Positions 10,839-22,972 of a stretch of 56,411 nt of DNA are shown piece by piece. This DNA comes from a bacterium (GTDB lineage Bacteria > Myxococcota_A > Bradymonadia > UBA7976 > UBA1532). Positions within the stretch are counted from its first letter, which is position 1; every line of letters begins with the position of its first letter. Location of the stretch: assembly GCA_041389985.1 (NCBI GenBank), contig JAWKQS010000026.1, positions 1 through 56,411 of the forward strand, written 5' to 3'. Below the pieces are notes generated by a model. The model saw only the letters and a list, made by a program, of their open reading frames with translations, was not told the DNA's origin and did no database searches. The position numbers and the translations under genes were made by a program.

Positions 10839-12203
10839 ATGAAGCCTTTCCTTCTGCTGCTGTTGCTCAGTTCGGTGGCCCTGGGCGCCGACTGGTCCAG
10901 CCGATCGGCGGGCGGGATCGACGCCCGGATCGCGATCCCCGCCCAGCACCCCGCTGGCGGGCGCCCGCTCTTCGTGCTGCTGCACGGCTGCGCTCAGAGC
11001 AACACCGCCCTGGAGCAGCACACCGCGCTGGCGGCGCTGGCCGAGGAACGTGGCGCGATCATCGCCCTGCCCCGGGTGCCGGGCGGGGGCGTCATCGCGG
11101 GCTGCTGGGACTACTACGGCGCGGCGCATGCCCGCGGATCCCGGCACACCGGGCCTCTGCTGGCCTTCACCGAGGCGCTGCTGGCCGACGCCGATCTGGA
11201 CGTCGATCCGGCGGCGGTCTACGTGGGCGGGCTGTCCTCCGGGGCCGGCCAGGCCCTCGTCGCGGGCTGCCTCGCGCCCGATCTGTTCGCCGGGATCGCC
11301 GTGGCGGGGAGCCCCGGGCTCGGCACCGAGGCGAGCGCCATCGCGGCCGTCTCGACGACCCCCGACGCCGTGGCGACCCTGTGCACGCGCCTGGCGGGAC
11401 CCGCCGCGGCGGATCTGGGCCGGCAGCGCGCCGCCATCATCGTGGGCGGGCGGGACTTCATCGTCGCCCAGGGCTACGGCCGCGTGAACGCCGAGGGCCT
11501 CGCCCAGGCCTACGGCGCCTCGCCGGCGGGCTCGGCGCCCGTGGACGGGGGAGAGGCCGCGCTCTGGGCCGACGCCCGCGGCCCCCGCGTGGCCCTGCTG
11601 ACGATGCCGGGCCTGGACCACGCCTGGCCCAGCGGCGTCGGCCAGGGCGCCACCCTCGAGTTCGTCGCCCAGGGCGGGCTGGACTTCGCGGCCTGGAGCC
11701 TCGACTTCTTCGCCGGCGCCGACGCCCGCGAGCCGGAGCCGCCGGCCGAGGAGGCCGACGGGGGGATCCCCATGGCGGACGCCGGCGGCGCCCCTTGCCC
11801 CCCGCCCGTCTCCGTGGTGGCCACGCTGCCCGGCCACGCCACGCGCCTGGCCGTCTACCCGGGCGGCTACGGCGTCGCCGACATGACCTACATCGAGCTG
11901 CTGGAGCGGTACGGCGTCCAGACCGCCTTCCCGCTCTACCAAGGGGAAGACGGCGCCTGGTACCACGATCAGCCGGCGGCAAACGCCTGTGAAACCCCTG
12001 AAGTTCCAGAGCCTTACGAGCCCGTGGACCAGGGACGTCCGCCGCCGGGGTACCCACCGGATGCGGGTGTGCCCGCTGGCGACGAGGGCGTCGCGGCCCA
12101 GGACGACGGGGCAGGGGGCTGCTCCGCGAGCGGCTCCGGGGGTGGTGGGTGGCTGCTGCTCGTCGCCGCGGTGGCTGTGCGCCGCCGCCGGTCACTCCGC
12201 TGA
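10839..12203 (+). CDS. Secreted alpha/beta-hydrolase, esterase / PHB-depolymerase-like, with a C-terminal MYXO-CTERM sorting tail.
   Basis: Signal peptide MKPFLLLLLLSSVALGADW. Oxyanion/nucleophile motifs LLHGCAQS and GGLSSGAG (GxSxG). Tail ...[29 protein letters not shown] (Cys, Gly-rich, hydrophobic, RRRR). Confidence 0.8.
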   Translation: MKPFLLLLLLSSVALGADWSSRSAGGIDARIAIPAQHPAGGRPLFVLLHGCAQSNTALEQHTALAALAEERGAIIALPRVPGGGVIAGCWDYYGAAHARGSRHTGPLLAFTEALLADADLDVDPAAVYVGGLSSGAGQALVAGCLAPDLFAGIAVAGSPGLGTEASAIAAVSTTPDAVATLCTRLAGPAAADLGRQRAAIIVGGRDFIVAQGYGRVNAEGLAQAYGASPAGSAPVDGGEAALWADARGPRVALLTMPGLDHAWPSGVGQGATLEFVAQGGLDFAAWSLDFFAGADAREPEPPAEEADGGIPMADAGGAPCPPPVSVVATLPGHATRLAVYPGGYGVADMTYIELLERYGVQTAFPLYQGEDGAWYHDQPAANACETPEVPEPYEPVDQGRPPPGYPPDAGVPAGDEGVAAQDDGAGGCSASGSGGGGWLLLVAAVAVRRRRSLR

Positions 12204-13858
12204 AGCCGGCGCATCCTTCAGGGCGCGGATCGCGGCGTCGATCTCGCCGCTCATGCACAGGTTGTCCAGGAACCCTCGGCCCCGGGCCCGCTTGAGGTCG
12301 GGGAGAGCAGCGCCGTCGCCCCAGGCTCCCAGCGCCTCTGCCGCCTTGCGGCGCCGCTCGCAGTCACCCAGCCGCAGATCCCGCCGCAGCGCCGCGAACC
12401 GCGCCGGCCTCGCCTCGGGCGCCTCGGCCTTCTCGAGGGCGTCGACGAGGCGCCAGCGGGCCCGCAGTCCGGCCTCCGCCACCGCGGCCAGCAGTCTGGG
12501 CCCGGCGCCCCGGCCCGCCGGGCCCGCCAGCAGGCCCACGGCCTCGTCCGCCTCCCGCTCGTCGAGCACCTCCAGCAGGGCGGGCAGCACGCGCGGATCC
12601 GCCGCCAGGGCTGCGTCGTCGACGAAGGCCGCGGCGAGATCGGCGAGGCCGGCCTGGATCTTGTCCGCCTTCAGGCGGCCCAGACCGCGTCGCAACAGGC
12701 GCTGCGACGCCGATCCCTCCTCCGGGTGGCTCTCGATCCACACGAGGGCCGCGGCCGGGTTCTCGGCTAGCAGGGCGTCCGCCTCGGCCAGCGCCGCGGC
12801 CGCCGCCGGCGGCGAGGTAACCGGCGCTACCTCGGACGCCGCCGATGCCGCAGCGACCACCGGGCGAGGCTCGGGCGCAGCCGGCGCCAGCGCGAGCCCG
12901 ACCACGACCCCCAGCGCGAGCGCCCCTCCGCCGATCGCGGCGGACCGGCGCCAGCCGGCCGTCCGGCGACCATGGCCGGGCGCACGGCCGCCACCGCCGG
13001 GCGCACCGCCGCCACCGCCGGCGCGGCCCAGCCCTCCAGCCGGGCCAGCACGGCCGCGCCATCGGCCGGGCGGAGCGTGGGCTCCTTCTGCAGGCAGTCG
13101 CTCACCAGCGTCGAGAGCGCGGCCGGCACGGCCTCGGGCAGCGCGTCGGGGGGCTTCTGGGTCAGCTTGAAGAGGATCTCGGGCACATGCTTGCCCGTGA
13201 ACGGCGGCCGCCCCGCCAGGAGCGTGTGCAGCAGGACGCCCAGGGCCCACACATCGGTAGCCGGCGTCGCGCGCTGGCCCATGGCCTGCTCCGGCGCCAT
13301 GAACTCCGGTGTGCCGAAGACGCTGCCGTCGCTGGTGAAGCGGGTGTGTCCTCGCCCACCCGCTCGATGGCCGCGATGCCGAAGTCCAGGAGCCGCAGGC
13401 GATCCGCCGCGCCGGGGCTGCGCTGGAGGAGCAGGTTGTCGGGCTTCAGGTCGCGATGGATGATGCCGAGCTGGTGGGCCTCGCCCAGCGCCCCGCCACC
13501 GGCGCGAGCAGGTGGACGGCCCGGGCCGCCGGCACTGGCCCGCCCGCCAGCAGCCGACTCAGCGGCTCGCCGTCGATGAACTCCAGCACGATGAACGGCC
13601 GCCCGTCGGAGAGCTGGCCCAGGTCATGGATGCCCACGACGGCCGGGTGGGCGAGGCGGGCCGCCGCCCGCGCCTCCCGCCGAAGGCGCTCGGTGTGGGC
13701 GCTGGCCGACTCCCGCAGGACCTTGATGGCCACCGGCCGATCCAGGTGGGTGTCCACGGCGCGGAAGACCCACGCCATGCCGCCCGCTCCCAGGAGCGAC
13801 TCGATCCGGTAGCGCCCCGCGAGCACGGCGCCGGTCTGGAGAGTGCCGGGGCGTCCAT
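12192..13858 (-). CDS. Ser/Thr protein kinase with a TM helix and a C-terminal helical domain. The coding frame is interrupted by at least 3 single-base frameshifts (near 13830, 13495 and 13345, the last two in g/c runs, plus one near 13000).
   Basis: N-lobe ORF 13446..13826 ([12 protein letters not shown]). The catalytic loop HRDLKPDN and DFG are readable only in a third frame. APE and DVWALGV are in ORF 12827..13300. [19 protein letters not shown] and the C-terminus are in ORF 12192..13250. The 3' end overlaps the esterase 3' end by 12 bp (convergent). Confidence 0.6.
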
Positions 13859-13874
13859 GACCGCGTCCGAAAAT

Positions 13875-16559
13875 CAGTGAATATCCGCCCAGTTATCACC
13901 AATCGCCACATCCACGCCGAGAGGTACGCTCAGGTGGGCCCCCCTCCATCTCGGTGCGCAGGAGCCCAGCGACCGCCTCGGCGCGGGCCGCCGGGCACTC
14001 CACCACCAGCTCCTCATGCACCGTCAGCAGCAGGTGCGCCTCGGGCTCCTCGGCGCGCAGGCGGCGGTCGAGCGCCACCATCGCATACTTCAGGATGTCG
14101 GCCGCCGTGCCCTGGATGGGGGTGTTGATGGCGAGGCGCTCTGCCGCCCGGCGGTCGTTGAACTTCCGCGTGTCGATGTGGGGCAGGGGCCGGATGCGGC
14201 CGAAGAGCGTCGACGACTGCTTCGTGCGCCGAGCCTCCTCGATGAGGCGATCCTGGTAGGCCTTCACCGCCGAGAAGCGCTCGAAGTACCGGGCGTGGAT
14301 GGCGTCCGCCTCGCCCCGCGAGATGCCGAGCTGGCGCGACAGGCCGAAGCCCGTGAGCCCGTACGCGAGGCCATAGTTCACGGCCTTCGCGCGCCGCCGC
14401 AGCTCGGCGGTCACATCGGCCAGCGCCACCCCGAACACCTCGGCGGCCGTGCGGGCGTGGATGTCCACGCCCTGCCGGAAGGCCTCGATCATCGTGGGAT
14501 CCTCGGCCAGGTGCGCCAGCACCCGCAGCTCCACCTGGCTGTAGTCGGCGCTCACCAGCTTGAAGCCGGGCTCGGTGATGAAGGCGCGCCGGATCTCGCG
14601 CCCCTCCGTCGTCCGCACCGGGATGTTCTGCAGGTTCGGGTCGATGGAGCTGATGCGGCCCGTCGCCGCCACCGCCTGCCGGAAGGAGCTGTGGACCCGA
14701 CCGGTCTTCGGGTTGATGAGCGTGGGCAGCGTGTCGAGGTACGTCCCCTTCAGCTTCACCAGGTGCCGGTAGTCCACGATCTTCGCGGGCAGCGGGTGCA
14801 TCGGCGCCAGGGCATCCAGCACCTCGGCGTCCGTGCTGGGTCCCGTCTTCGTCGACTTGATCACCGGCAACCCCAGCTTCTCGAAGAGGATCTCCCCGAG
14901 CTGCTTGGGGCTGCTGATGTTGAACTCCTGCTCGGCCAGGGCGTGGATCTCGGCCTCCATGGCCGCGATGCGCCCCTCGAACGTCTTCGACTGGGCGCGC
15001 AGCAGATCGGGATCGATGCGCACGCCCCGCAGCTCCATGCGCCCGATGACCTCGGCGAGGGGCAGCTCGAGCTCGTCGTTGATGCGGTCCAGGCCCGCCT
15101 CGGTGAGCTTCGGCTTGAAGACGTCGCACAGCCGCAGCGCCACGTCGGCGTCCTCGGCGGCGTACTGCGTGGCCTGCTCCACCGCGACCGCCGCGAAGTC
15201 GGCGTCCTTGCCCTTGGTGCCGGTGACCTCCTCGAAGGCGATCATCTTGTGGCCGAGGAAGTCCTGCGACAGCTCGTCGAGCTTGTAGTCGGGGCGGTTG
15301 GGGTCGATCAGGTAGGCCGCCAGCATGCTGTCGCAGACGTAGCCCCGGTAGTGAATCCCATGCTGCCAGAGGACTTGCCACTCATACTTCACGTTCTGCC
15401 CGAACTTCGGGAACGCGGGATCCTCGATGATCGGACCGAGGGCCGCCTTCACCTCGTCGAAGGACAGCTGGGGCTCGGCGTCGGCGCCGGTGTGGCCGAC
15501 GGGCACGTACGCCGCGCGGCCATGATCCCAGGCCAGCGCGAAGCCGACGATGCGGGCGTCCACGGTCGAGAGGCTGGTGGTCTCCAGGTCCAGGGAGAGG
15601 CGCTTGTCCCGCTTGATGCGGCGGACCAGCGTCTTGAGCTCCTCCGACGTCCGGACCGCGTAGTACCCCCCGCGATCGATCTGCTGGACCGCGTGGCTCT
15701 CCAGCCCGAACTCCTTGAGAAACGTGCGGAAGTTCAGGCGGCGGAAGTAGCCGGCCAGGGTGTCCGGATCCGGCGCCGAGCGCTTGAGATCCTCGTCGGT
15801 GGCCGTGACCGGCGCGTCGGTGACGATGGTGGCGAGGGTGCGCGACAGCCGCGCCTGGTCGGCGAACTCCCGCAGGTTCTCCCCGCGCTTGCCCTTCACC
15901 TGATCGGCCGCCGCCAGCAGGGCGTCCATCGTGCCATGCTCTTCCAGCAGCTTCGCGGCCGTCTTCTCGCCGATGCCCGGGACGCCGGGGATGTTGTCGC
16001 TGCTGTCGCCAGCCAGGCCGAGCACGTCGATCACCCGCTCCGGGGGCACCCCGAAGCGCTCGATCACGCCGTCGCGCCCGATCTCCTTCTCCTTGCCGTC
16101 CCAGATGGAGATCTGGTCGTTGACGAGCTGCATCATGTCCTTGTCGGCCGTGACGATGATGCAGGGGCGGCCCGAGGCGGTCCACCGCGTGGCGAGGGTG
16201 CCGATCATGTCATCGGCCTCGTAGCCCTTCTCGATCAGCACCGGGATGCCGAGGGCCGCCACCGCCTCGCGGCAGAGCGCGAACTGCGGCCGCATGTCCT
16301 CGGGGGGCTCTTTGCGGTTGGCCTTGTAGTCGGGGTAGAGCTCGTTGCGAAACACCCCGCCGGAGGGGTCGAAGGCCACCGCCACATGGCCGGGATCCCG
16401 GTCGCGCAGCAGATTCAGCAGCAGGCGGACGAAGCCGTAGACCGCGTTGGTGGGGGTGCCATCCACCGCCGTCATCGACGCCCGGATGGCGTAGTAGGCC
16501 CGGAAGATGAAGCCCGATCCATCCACCAGATAGAGGGTGTCGTTGCTCTGCTCGGCCAT
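13875..16559 (-). CDS. polA: DNA polymerase I (5'-3' exonuclease, 3'-5' exonuclease and polymerase domains). The C-terminus is frameshifted at a G7 run near 13925.
   Basis: ORF 13896..16619 has MAEQSNDTLYLVDGSGFIFRAYYA... (the real start is about 16559). After ...TEMEGG the ORF reads junk, but a shift of one base restores the canonical Pol I end AHLSVPLGVDVAIGDNWADIH*, with stop near 13875. Confidence 0.9.
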
Positions 16560-16628
16560 GGGATCCCTGCGCGCCACGAGTGAGGCGGCAGGGTAGTCCA
16601 CCCATCCGCGCGCGTCCACGGGGGTCGG

Positions 16629-17837
16629 TCAGCGCGGCCCCAGCGCCGCCAGGATCATGCCCATGTTCGCCCAGTCCACGTCGCTGCCCGCCAGCAGGGC
16701 CCCCACCGTCACCACCTCGGGCCAGGTGACCTCCGAGCTGCCGGCGTGCCCGTAAGGCCCCGGATTCTGGACGAAATGATCGACCTCCTCCGGCGCGAGG
16801 GCCGCCCGGAAGACGGCCCCCTGGTGCGCCGAGAGCGTCGCCGCGAGCTGCCGCGTCCCCACCGGCTCCAGCCGGGCGGGATCCAGGTGGAAGCCCAGCT
16901 CCTCCGCCAGCTCCTCGGCGGCCACCTCGACCAGCGAGGCCCCGCCATCGAACGAGGATCCCCCCGGCAGCTCGTGCACGCAGCCATCCGTCGTGCGGCC
17001 GCAGGCGCGAAACTCGCGCACCAGCACCACCCGCGTCTCGGCCAGGCTCGCGGCCCCCGCCTCGTACAGCACCACCGCGGCGATGTCGGGCCGGCCGATG
17101 AGCAGCTCGCTGTGCTTGTTGCGGCCCTCGGCGGCGATGTGCACGTCCACCTGGAGGGCCCAGAAGACCAGCAGGTGGCGGCGGTCGCCCACGCGCCACG
17201 ACCACTCCATCCGGGCACCGTCCAGGCGGTTGCCGGCCGCGCGCTGGGCGGCATACCACCCCTGGAACGGGGCCTGGCGCCAGACGTCCAGGGGCACGGC
17301 GCACTCGGCACCCACCCGCCGCGCGGGCGGCCCGAGCCGCGCCAGGGCCGCCGCCACCGTCTCGGCCAGCGTCGCGCAGACCGGCACCCGCCACCGCCGC
17401 GCGTGCCAGGCCAGGTACCGCATCTTGGCCGCCTCGGGCGGGTGGCCCAGCACCACCTGGCCGCTCTTCTCCCAGCGCCCCCACTCGACGTTGGTGGTGA
17501 ACCCCGGCAGCACCACCAGATCCCGCGGCACCCAGAAGATCAGCTGGTCGCTGCGCTCCATGGCGGCCTGCTCCCAGGCCACCTGGGCGTCGTAGTCGGT
17601 GGGGAAGACGCCCCGCGGGGCACGGGGAGAAGACGACCCCGCGAAGCCCTGCGCCGCGAGGCAGGCCAGGGCCTCCGCCCGCCAGTCCGGGTGGCCCGTG
17701 GCCCGCGGCGAGGGCCCGGCGAGGAAGAGGCTCTGCTCGAAGGCCTCCGGGAACGGCTCGTGGGCGTAGACGACCTGCATCACCACCTCATGGGGACGAA
17801 CGGGGGCCACTTCACGCGCTCCAGGCGCCGGCTGCAA
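16629..17837 (-). CDS. Fusion protein: an N-terminal nucleoside 2-deoxyribosyltransferase-like domain plus a C-terminal Nudix hydrolase domain. It is co-oriented with polA and lies immediately upstream of it.
   Basis: The N-terminal half resembles the Nuc_deoxyri_tr2 fold (...LFLAGPSP...QLIFWVP...). The Nudix box is ELPGGSSFDGGASLVEVAAEELAEELGF. The alternative start MQVVYAHEPF is at about 17780. Confidence 0.7.
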   Translation of the reverse strand: MQPAPGAREVAPVRPHEVVMQVVYAHEPFPEAFEQSLFLAGPSPRATGHPDWRAEALACLAAQGFAGSSSPRAPRGVFPTDYDAQVAWEQAAMERSDQLIFWVPRDLVVLPGFTTNVEWGRWEKSGQVVLGHPPEAAKMRYLAWHARRWRVPVCATLAETVAAALARLGPPARRVGAECAVPLDVWRQAPFQGWYAAQRAAGNRLDGARMEWSWRVGDRRHLLVFWALQVDVHIAAEGRNKHSELLIGRPDIAAVVLYEAGAASLAETRVVLVREFRACGRTTDGCVHELPGGSSFDGGASLVEVAAEELAEELGFHLDPARLEPVGTRQLAATLSAHQGAVFRAALAPEEVDHFVQNPGPYGHAGSSEVTWPEVVTVGALLAGSDVDWANMGMILAALGPR

Positions 17838-17957
17838 GGGGGTTCGCGCGGTACGTCACGGCCTCGTGGGCGCGATGATTGAAGAATCCGGGATCAGCCC
17901 CTGTCGTGCAGCCCGTTCGCGCCGTATGATCCCGGCGCCACATCCCAGGAGGCATCC

Positions 17958-18650
17958 ATGACCCGGTTCTTCACGCTCGCTCTCCTCGCCCTCGGCCTCG
18001 CGGCCGCCCCGGTCTCCATCGACGGCGTCACCGCCGCCCACGCCCAGAAGGCCAAGAAGGTCACCAAGGTGACGAAGGCCAAGAAGGCCTCCAAGCAGGC
18101 CAAGTCGGTCTACAAGGGACCCATCAAGAAGGGCACCGGCACCAAGGCCACCGTCGCGAAGAAGACGGCGGCCAAGGCGGCCGCTCAGGACGAGCAGAAG
18201 ATCCTCTTCGTGAAGCCCGCCATCCGCAACACCAACACCATCCTCGGCCAGGCCCGCCAGGCCGTGAAGGCCGGCGCCAAGGGGCAGCAGCTCCTGCGCG
18301 ACGCGGTGGTGCGCCAGCACGCAGCCCGCAAGGCCAACGCCGCCGGCAGCCCCCGCCTGGCCTTCTACCTCACCCGGGCCTCCCGCGGCCTGGCCATCGA
18401 GGCCATCGTGCAGAACGGCCTCAAGCCGGCCGAGGAGCCCAAGGCCGATGACTTCGTCCCCACCGCCGAGGACATCGCGGGCGTCGACGAGTTCATCACC
18501 GCCGTGGAGAGCGAGAACCTCGTGCCCCCGGTCGATGTGATCCCCAACGACGAGTCCATTGGCACCGATCTGCCCGAGGATCTGGGCGACGACGAGGGTG
18601 TGGCCGCGAAGCCCACCAGCGGCCCCGAGGTCGAGGTGCAGCGCCAGTAG
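17958..18650 (+). CDS. Secreted Lys/Ala-rich polycationic protein (H1-like KAKKVTKVTKAKKASKQAK tract) with an acidic C-terminus. Function unknown.
   Basis: Signal peptide MTRFFTLALLALGLAAAPVS. RBS AGGAGG then ATG. Single clean ORF. Confidence 0.6.
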   Translation: MTRFFTLALLALGLAAAPVSIDGVTAAHAQKAKKVTKVTKAKKASKQAKSVYKGPIKKGTGTKATVAKKTAAKAAAQDEQKILFVKPAIRNTNTILGQARQAVKAGAKGQQLLRDAVVRQHAARKANAAGSPRLAFYLTRASRGLAIEAIVQNGLKPAEEPKADDFVPTAEDIAGVDEFITAVESENLVPPVDVIPNDESIGTDLPEDLGDDEGVAAKPTSGPEVEVQRQ

Positions 18651-18665
18651 CGCCGCCGAGGACGC

Positions 18666-19163
18666 TCAGTCGTCCTCGTCCTCATCCTCCCCACCCGCGG
18701 GCCGGCCCTCCACCTGCGCCACCGCCTCCTCCGCGCTCACATCGTCGCTCCAGAGCAGGCGCATCAGGCCGGGGTGGTACCGGTCGGCCGTGCTGAGGTT
18801 GGCGTGCAGCAGGTTGCGGAACACCGTCGAGGTGAACTCGGCGCCCTCCAGATCGACGCTGGTCTTGTACCGCACCTCGCCGTCGCTGAAGTCGAGCTCG
18901 AAGTTCCCGATGAACATGCCGTGGTTGGCGCGGCAGATGAACTCGGCGGCCTGGGGCAGCCGGGCCTCGGGGACGGTGGCCTCCAGCCGGCTGTGGATGC
19001 AGACGACGTCGATGACCTCCCGCACGATGATCGTAGTACGCACGGTGCTGTTGCGGCCGGTGTAGCTGAAGAACACCAGGTGCTGGCCATCGCGCTCCTC
19101 GCTGGAGAAGTTCCACTCGTCTTCCTCCAGGAAGCGCAGCAGCCCGTCGATGATCCGTCCCAT
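18666..19163 (-). CDS. YbjN-domain protein (putative sensory transduction regulator / chaperone-like) with an acidic tail.
   Basis: Clean 165-aa ORF. YbjN-like core (...NFELDFSDGEVRYKTSVDLEG...). C-terminus GEDEDEDD. Confidence 0.7.
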   Translation of the reverse strand: MGRIIDGLLRFLEEDEWNFSSEERDGQHLVFFSYTGRNSTVRTTIIVREVIDVVCIHSRLEATVPEARLPQAAEFICRANHGMFIGNFELDFSDGEVRYKTSVDLEGAEFTSTVFRNLLHANLSTADRYHPGLMRLLWSDDVSAEEAVAQVEGRPAGGEDEDEDD

Positions 19164-19225
19164 CCACCCCTCCTCGGTTTGGCGTGTGCATGATGCCGGC
19201 CACGCCTGCCCGCGACAACTGCCTG

Positions 19226-19630
19226 TCAGCTGGCCAGGCGGGCGTAGCTGCGCGCCCGCTGCACCATGGCGGCGAAGCCGTTGCGGCGGTTGAGGCTGAG
19301 GTGCCGATCGAGGCCGAGGCGCGTGAACAGCGCCTCCACGTCGGTGGCCAGCACCTCGGCCGGTGTGCGCGCCTGGAGGGCGACGAGCAGGACGGCGATG
19401 AGGCCCCGGACGATTCGTGCGTCGCTATCCGCCTGAATCTGAAGGCGATTCTCCGCATCGAGGTCGGCCACGAGCCAGACCTGGCTCATGCAGCCGACCA
19501 CCAGGTTCGCCGGCACCTTGATCCCCTCGGGCAGCGTGGGGAGCGCGTCGCCCAGCTCGATCAGGTAGGCGTAGCGGTCTTCCCAGTCGTCGAAGAACTC
19601 GAAGTTCTCCACCAGCTCGTCGATGGTCAT
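19226..19630 (-). CDS. sufE: SufE-family sulfur acceptor protein.
   Basis: MTIDELVENFEFFDDWEDRYAYLIELG... and the conserved LVVGCMSQVWLVA Cys motif. The ORF-track start at 19660 is probably an over-extension. Confidence 0.8.
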   Translation of the reverse strand: MTIDELVENFEFFDDWEDRYAYLIELGDALPTLPEGIKVPANLVVGCMSQVWLVADLDAENRLQIQADSDARIVRGLIAVLLVALQARTPAEVLATDVEALFTRLGLDRHLSLNRRNGFAAMVQRARSYARLAS

Positions 19631-19751
19631 GGGGCCCTCCAGTGGCGCGCAGGATGCCATGGCCGACGGCCCCAGGCGAGAGCGTGCAATTCCCTCACGC
19701 TCCGCGCTACCCTACGCCGGATCTGCGCCGAGCTGCGCTCGGGGAGGCTTC

Positions 19752-21025
19752 ATGACCTGGACACGCCGCCGCTTCACCGCCGGCCTCGGCGCCGCGCTCC
19801 TGGCGGGGCCGTTCTGCCGCCTGCTCGGGGGGACGGCGCACGCCCAGGGCGTCGCGCCCCGGCGGCTGCTCACGTTCTTCAGCCCCAACGGCACCATCCA
19901 CCGGCACTGGCGGCCCACGGGCGGTGAGCGCGACTTCGTGCTGCCGCCGGGTTCCATCCTCGAGCCCCTGGGTCCGTGGCGCGATCGCCTGGTCATCGTG
20001 GACGGGCTGGACTTCTTCACCGGCGACAACCACGAGGGTGGCCAGGCCGCCATGCTCACCAACCAGGGGGGCGCCGCGACGCCCACCCGGGGCATGTCCC
20101 TGGACCAGTACGTCGCCAGCCGCATCGGGGCGGATGACCGGTTCTCGTCCCTGGAGCTGGGCGTCCTGACGGACCTGTGGGGCTCGGGGCGGCAGACCCG
20201 CATCAGCTACCGAGGGCCGGGCGAGCTGGTCCACCCCGACGCCGACCCCCGCCGCGCCTTCGACCGCCTCTTCGCCGACCTCGCCGGCGGCCCCGCCGCC
20301 GCCGCCCGACGCCGCGCCCGGCGCCTCAGCGTGCTGGACGTGGCCCGCGCCGAGCTGGCCGACCTGCACCAGCGCGTCGGCCAGCTGGAGCGCCGCAAGC
20401 TGGAGGCCCACCTGGAGGCGCTGCGGGGCGTCGAGCGCGGCCTGGCCGAGGGCGGCGGCGGGTGCGGCGCCCCGACCCCCCCCGACGCGCTGGCTCCGGG
20501 CGACAACGACAACGCCCCCGCCATCCTGGCGGCCCAGCTCGACCTCGCGGTGCTGGCCCTCGCCTGCGGCATGACCCGGGTGGCCACCGTCCAGCTCAGC
20601 CACACCGTCAGCCCGCTGGTGTTCCGGTGGGCGGGCAACAGCGACCAGCACCACTCCCTCAGCCACGCCGACGACAGCCAGGTCGAGGCGGTGGGCCAGT
20701 TCGTGGCCGCCGAGCGCTGGGTGGCGGGCCAGTTCGGTGCGCTGCTCGACCGCCTGGCCGGGACGCCGGATCCGGAGGGCGAGGGGAGCCTGCTCGACAA
20801 CACCGTCGTGCTCTGGGCCAAGGAGATGGGCGACAGCCGCGCCCACGTCTGCCAGTCGGTGCCCTTCGTGCTGGCGGGGGGCGGGCTGCGAGGGGGGCGC
20901 TACCTGCGCTACCCGGGCGAGAGCCACGCGCGGCTGCTGGTCAGCATCTGCCAGCAGCTCGGCCTGGACAACGACACCTTCGGTGACCCGACCACGGGCC
21001 GCGATGCGCTGCCGGGGCTGCTCGC

Positions 21026-21029
<4 letters not shown>
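19752..21029 (+). CDS. DUF1552-family protein with a Tat signal (TRRRFTAGLGAALLAG).
   Basis: RRxF twin-arginine motif. Family-typical length and conserved blocks. The 3' end overlaps the next gene by 4 nt. Confidence 0.75.
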
Positions 21030-22969
<1,940 letters not shown>

Positions 22970-22972
22970 GCG

